Below the pieces are notes generated by a model. The model made no database searches. It was not told where the DNA came from and saw only the letters and a program-made list of their open reading frames with translations. A program made the translations under genes and the position numbers. A stretch of 64,000 bases of DNA from Eledone cirrhosa (lineage: Eukaryota). Below are positions 58,671 through 64,000 of this stretch, one piece after another; within the stretch, counting starts at the first letter, position 1; every line of letters starts with the position of its first letter. The DNA is taken from assembly GCA_964016885.1 (NCBI GenBank), contig OZ024740.1, forward strand, positions 22,196,001 through 22,260,000, read 5' to 3'.

Positions 58671-60704
58671 ATATAAATAATTGAATATAACTTTCTTATA
58701 TTAACAGGCTGTAATTGAAACTGACTATGAAAAGCTTCGTCCACGAGCCAAGACGTGTATGGATAGGTTTGAACGAATCGGCTCATATAACACATTTGGA
58801 GACACAAAACGTCCAGTTAGATCCATGACCTGTGTGGGATATATTTAATTACATCTTGAGACTATTAAATTGTCACCAGTTTGTAAACAGACATGAGAAC
58901 TATTCATTAGTTATATATTGATTTACGCTCGAAAGGATTTTTATAGACTCGTTCATTGTTAGGTTTTCTGTTCTACATAATTTCCGAAAAGAATTAACAT
59001 TTCATATGAAAGTATTCCTTTTGTGTTTTGGTTGATAATTGGAATTCTATCCTAAATATTTCATGAAATTTATATCGTGTATTTTTGTTATCCAAACGTA
59101 GCCTGTTGTTACATTGTTGTACAATCTCTTGTGACTGCCACAACACTAAAAAAAAAAAATCTGAAATAAATGTTACATTTTTAATATTCTTGCACAAACA
59201 ATATAGTAAATTAATACAAATGATTTATTTCCCAACCAATTTTCAATATTTTTTTGTTTACTATTCTTTTGTTCGTTACACAAATTAATATCGGAATAAG
59301 ACATTTCACAGGGGAAAATATTGTCTGAGAATCTTTACAATTTGTTACATTCATAAATGGACCAAATATTTCACACTTCTTTCCAAGTAATTACACCTAG
59401 TCATTCATTATTTTAAAAGCAATCCTGACAGTTTTGTATTTAAAGACATCACTATTTTAAAAACACGCTACATGCTTAATGTTATTAGGAACGAACTAAC
59501 TGCAACATAAAATAGTAGATATAAGCCCCTATATAAAGCTAGAAATAGATCCGAGCCGGATGAGAAGTAACCGAAACAGGTTATAGACCCAGGTTAAATT
59601 TGAAGTTTAGGCGTCATTTCAAACTACTTATACATAATAATTGATTTAAGTATAGTTTACTGGTATGTACAGTAGTGTACATTATGTACTTAGAAGTAAA
59701 ACAGAATAAAAAAAACTGTAAATTGATGCAGTTAGATGCCATCAAAATCGTAGGCTCATGTCGACTAACATACCTAGTACCTATGGCTTTGTGTCGAAGA
59801 TCGAGGGTATGTTTGTTACATATATATAGTGTGGCTTATGGCTGCTAGTTACATGTATAGTAGTGATCAGGCTTTAAATTAACATGGGAGACAACTCTTC
59901 TAGAAAGATAACAAGGGAAGATAACTTCTGTCAACATGGAGGTGGGTTTTTTTTTTTTCCTTCCCCCCAGACATCAATTCAATTTGGTTTCCATACTATT
60001 CTCATCAATATTATCGATCATAAATCCAATTTCAATAAAATATGCACATAAATTACATTACTTTAATCGCAATTCATTCATGTATGAAAATGTATTGATT
60101 AGTTGTCTCTGAAAATATCGACCTCTATTGATAATCTAGGAGCCTAGGTGGTCAAACAATGTTAGAAGCAGTAACCAATCTCACTCAAACCACACCTACA
60201 AAAAAAAAAAAAAAAAAAAAAAATTCTGAAAAAGGTCAACTGAAACGCCTTTTGGTCGTCTGTTCGTTCGCTTCTAAATTAATAAATTTGTTATAATCGA
60301 TATACTGTTTTTCAATTGATTGTCAGCAATATCCATAATTAAAACTGTTTTTTTCAGCTAGACTAGTATGCCGTGTACTTAAGTCGGACTTCATACAATC
60401 ATGTGTACTTGAATATTTTCGCCATGAATTTCAATAATTAAAGTTTGCTTCGCAATCTTAAAGTTCGGAATTGGATCCAGTTAAGTGAAATATTGGACCA
60501 AATGTCCTGTACTATATTCCCGAATCAACCCAAACCTGTGAGTGAAATTTGGTAGACGGAAACTGCATCGAATCCTGTCGAATGAATTGTAACTCGAAGG
60601 TGTTTGGTATTGTGATTGCATAAAATTCATGGAACGAATGAAACGCCTAGGTTGGAAGAGTCACGCTGAATCTCCGACAGTTACGAAGCTGCTGAAATAG
60701 CGTT

Positions 60705-61030
60705 CCTTCGAAGGGGGTTTGGAGTAACGTTACTCGATAGTGTGTAGCTCGGAGATCGGTCACTCCCGGTAGAGCTGCTACTTCTCCGAGTTGAGAAATA
60801 ACAGCTCCGATACTGTGGGTATGTGGTGACTGTCTAAGGAAAGGATCTCTGGACAGACTTTAGGGGTAAAACTAGTCGGTAGGAAACTGATGAGTAGGCC
60901 ACGAGGAAGATGGTTGGATAACGATCAGCGTGTCTGGTCTTGCTTAGGGATCCAGTTGGATACGGTTACTTCTGACAGAACTCGCTGGAAGCGGAGTTTG
61001 GGGACTTTTCCCTCACGGCCCTCTCAGGAA
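60705..61030 (+). mobile_element. RTE-clade LINE 3' fragment
   Basis: GVTLLDSV..SEI..LPVELLLLRVEK..RPRGRWLDN; homologous to 33295-33690. Confidence 0.65.
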
Positions 61031-63155
61031 TAAGTGGCCGAAGACGTGCGCATGCCGATAAAAATTCTCAACCACTTGTACGTTAACTTAAATTGCTGAT
61101 CTTTCATCTTAACCGAGGAACGCCCATTAAATTTATTCCAAATTAGTTTCACTTTTAACAGGTAGGGAGGTTTTAGGAAATTGTCATGTTTATGGCTTTC
61201 ATGAAAAGCATTGACATAATGTAATACTAATAAACTGAAATTAGTCAATTGAAACTATGGAGCCTGTTTATGAATTGTGGTTATGGAGGCAGGTTTGGTG
61301 TGATACGAGGGTAGGCTGGATAGTACATAGGCTGACTAAAACACTCTCATGGAATGACCACATGAGGTTTATTTTTCATCCTAGTCCATGGAAAGAGACA
61401 ATGCAGTTATTGATAAGAGTTGAAATTAATGCAGGATTTCATATCTCTAGCGTCAGTCCTTCATAGTCAGCTTATGGACTTTTCAGCCACCCTCGTTTTT
61501 AAATTTTGTGGATGACCCTTGTGTCTAACAGATTAGGAAAGAGTAGCTTCTGCATGGAAGTAGTCCTTGCTGGAAGTGATGGCAGATGAGTTAACCCTTT
61601 AGAATTATATACATAGTATATAATTAATATTTGAAATATGTGAGTCCCGAACGCAAGAAACTGTAATGCCAGTAAATCACTTTAGATAATAGTTGAGAAA
61701 ATTGAGTAAATCACCCTTATTGACGAAGAAATAATGTGCAACTGCTATTATAGTTATTGCCTGCGTACCAGTTTTATAATTGTTAACTAAGGTTTTGAAT
61801 ACGTTATCTTTGAAACAAATTTAGGAAGTGCCTAACAAAACCAAAGAGAAAATCCTGACCTGAACATTGCTATTAAAGAAATATGAGCTGAGTTTAAAGT
61901 CCTCAGACTCGTGAAACTGAAGTACGTATGAATAAACGGTGTCTCTGATCGAGACGACGCGAGAGTGTATTTGAATTCATATAAAATTCGATAGAATAGC
62001 TGTTAAAACACCCAAATGCTGACCAGCGATGGGCAAAAAATGCTCAAACAAGCAGAAAGCTTCATCTTTCTGTTGCACGATCCAGCATTCTAAAATGGTA
62101 CTCAATTAAATCATGCGAAACCATTTTGCTGGTTTAAGAGATGAAGGTAAAGGCACCTGTCTGTGAACTTGTCTTGTACATCACCTTTCTTTAATTCCTT
62201 CAAGTTACTTCTGGGTGACAACACACTTCTTGTCTTCTTTCTATTTTTTCTGGGTTTCATCCACTTCATGGATTGTCTCTCTGCTGACTATTGGCCGCTA
62301 GTCTGTCTTCTGGGGGCGGTGAGTTTTCTCTTTTATATGAATTTTAAGTACATGTTTCTTTAAATAATCTGCGTAATATTTCACATCTTTCACAGTCGAA
62401 CTTAATTATGTGGATAATTCTGATTTGCGAACTAAAACTTTGATAGAACATTTCTCTTTGGAACTTTTTAGTTGACACACTCCCTGCCCATTGTCCCCAA
62501 AACTACAGCCAATTTGTATTTTCTGCCAGGAAAAAATGCATTTGGAAGGTTAGTTTGACCAGAGCAAACCTACGGTCGAGCGACATCAAATATCTTACGG
62601 TTTCGTTTTAATGTAGGAAAACCCATAGTTGTATTTTTCATCTAACTTGTGAAAAGACCTTTCCCAATTCTATCCCTATAGTCCCAATTAAACAAATAAC
62701 CCTCTATGCGATTATTCGAGCTGCTGGAAGTCAAATCATGTCTGGCCATCTTAGAAAAGGATATTAGATAATGTGACCCTTAACTTTCTCTATATAAATT
62801 TAAAAAATCGAAATGGTCATTGTTGGAGTGTCTTTAGTCATGGATCTGGTCGATCAGGGATGACATGGAGCTCAACAACTCGGTCACAACTAGTCTCATG
62901 TTGTTTGTTGAATATTTCAGGCCAGCCTTGGTTGTGATCCCATCTCGGAGGCCGTAGTTCGAATGACCAGGCAGCGGCCATGTATCAATTGTTAAATGTT
63001 TAAGTACAATTCATCCTATTGGAGAGGATCACTATATTGCACACCCTAACACATACTAGTTAACAGAATGGGGTGAAGCATGAAATCTCAGATATTATGT
63101 CAATATTTTTCTATACATCTCATGGTTTTGTCTAGCTCCAGATCGAGGAGACATG

Positions 63156-63213
<58 letters not shown>

Positions 63214-63283
63214 CAGCGAAACTGTACAATCGGGACTTAGACAGATATATACCTATTTTTTTTTTTCTTCAATTATTTCTTCC

Positions 63284-63326
<43 letters not shown>

Positions 63327-63329
<3 letters not shown>

Positions 63330-63530
63330 CGAAGGAATTATGGCAAGGAACCAGGTGGACCATAACGCACCAGAGTACTCAATACTTAGGGTAGTAGAGT
63401 GGGTAATAGGAAAATGTATGACCCCGACGGCAGAGCTCAAGCCGTTTCGCCGGCTATTTCTGTCTATTAGTCCAGAAATAGCCGTCGAAACGGCTTGAGC
63501 TCTGCCGTCGGTTATACATTTTCCTATTAT
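63327..63530. mobile_element. Penelope-like terminal fragment with an about 58-bp-arm fold-back containing the 3' half of a hammerhead
   Basis: Near-perfect inverted repeat at 63404-63529; GAAA-CGGC..GCCG-TC on both strands; flanked by (TA)n. Confidence 0.6.
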
Positions 63531-63569
63531 ATATATGCTGGGATATACAGTATATGTATATAATCGTAG

Positions 63570-64000
63570 TGGTGGTCTTAGTTACAGTCAGTGTTGTTGT
63601 TGTTTGTAGTGTACAATTGTGGTGGTGGTGGTGTGTATTGATGTGGTGGTGGTGTGTATTGGTGTGGTGGTGGTGGTGTGTATTTGTGATGGTGGTGGTG
63701 TATATTGGTGTGGTGGTGGTGTGTATTGATGTGTGGTGGGTTTGGTTTGGTGTGGTGGTGTGTATTGATGTGGTGATGGTGGATTTGGTGTGGTGGTGGT
63801 GGGTTTGGTGTGTATTGATGTTTGGTGTGTATTGATGTGGTGGTGGTGGGCTTGGTGTGGTGGTGTTGGGTTTGGTGTGTATTGATGTGGTGGTGGTGGT
63901 ATTGATGTGGTGGTGGTGGTGGACTTAGTATGGTGGTGGGTTTGGTGTGTATTGATGTGGTGGTGTGGTGTTTGGTGTGTATTGATGTGGTGGTGGTGGG
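63570..64000. repeat. GGT-rich degenerate repeat (GTGTATTGATGTGGTGGTGGT-like)
   Basis: Read directly; runs off the end of the window. Confidence 0.9.

Noticed and set aside
59540-59600. Hammerhead-like CGGATGA..GAAAC motif
   Set aside because: Core mismatch and no convincing stem I or stem II pairing
59971-62995. Candidate terminal exons of the transporter (acceptors near 59970, 61824, 62529, 62920)
   Set aside because: All give short peptides with no recognisable similarity; cannot choose without transcript data

Overview
Animal (eukaryotic) genomic DNA, AT-rich and dense in repeats. The SINE and LINE families resemble those of octopod cephalopods; that is an inference and was not checked. 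(1) Bases 1-18370 hold a head-to-tail array of four diverged L1/Tx1-clade non-LTR retrotransposons (ORF1 with a CCHC knuckle; ORF2 with APE, RT and CCHC). Each copy is followed by an (ATCT)n microsatellite, which suggests a lineage that targets (ATCT/GATA)n, and their 3' UTR stem-loops show covariation. Two copies have intact 1145-aa ORF2s. (2) Bases 33748-56778 carry a + strand spliced gene that the ORF track misses. I reconstructed 12 phase-consistent GT-AG exons (441 codons) encoding a divergent MFSD1-like MFS transporter with a Cys-rich, potentially glycosylated first loop; the terminal exon is unresolved. (3) Several (TA)n-embedded Penelope/retrozyme-like terminal repeats carry type I hammerhead ribozyme motifs; two on the minus strand (46754-46794 and 47209-47293) have complete cores. 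(4) Other elements are a tandem non-autonomous Helitron pair with an in-window empty site, long inverted repeats around exon 4, a 3.4-kb almost adenine-free minisatellite, two adjacent mutually inverted minisatellites, tRNA-derived SINEs, hAT- and piggyBac-like MITEs, and relics of RTE, CR1, CRE and RNase H-bearing LINEs.
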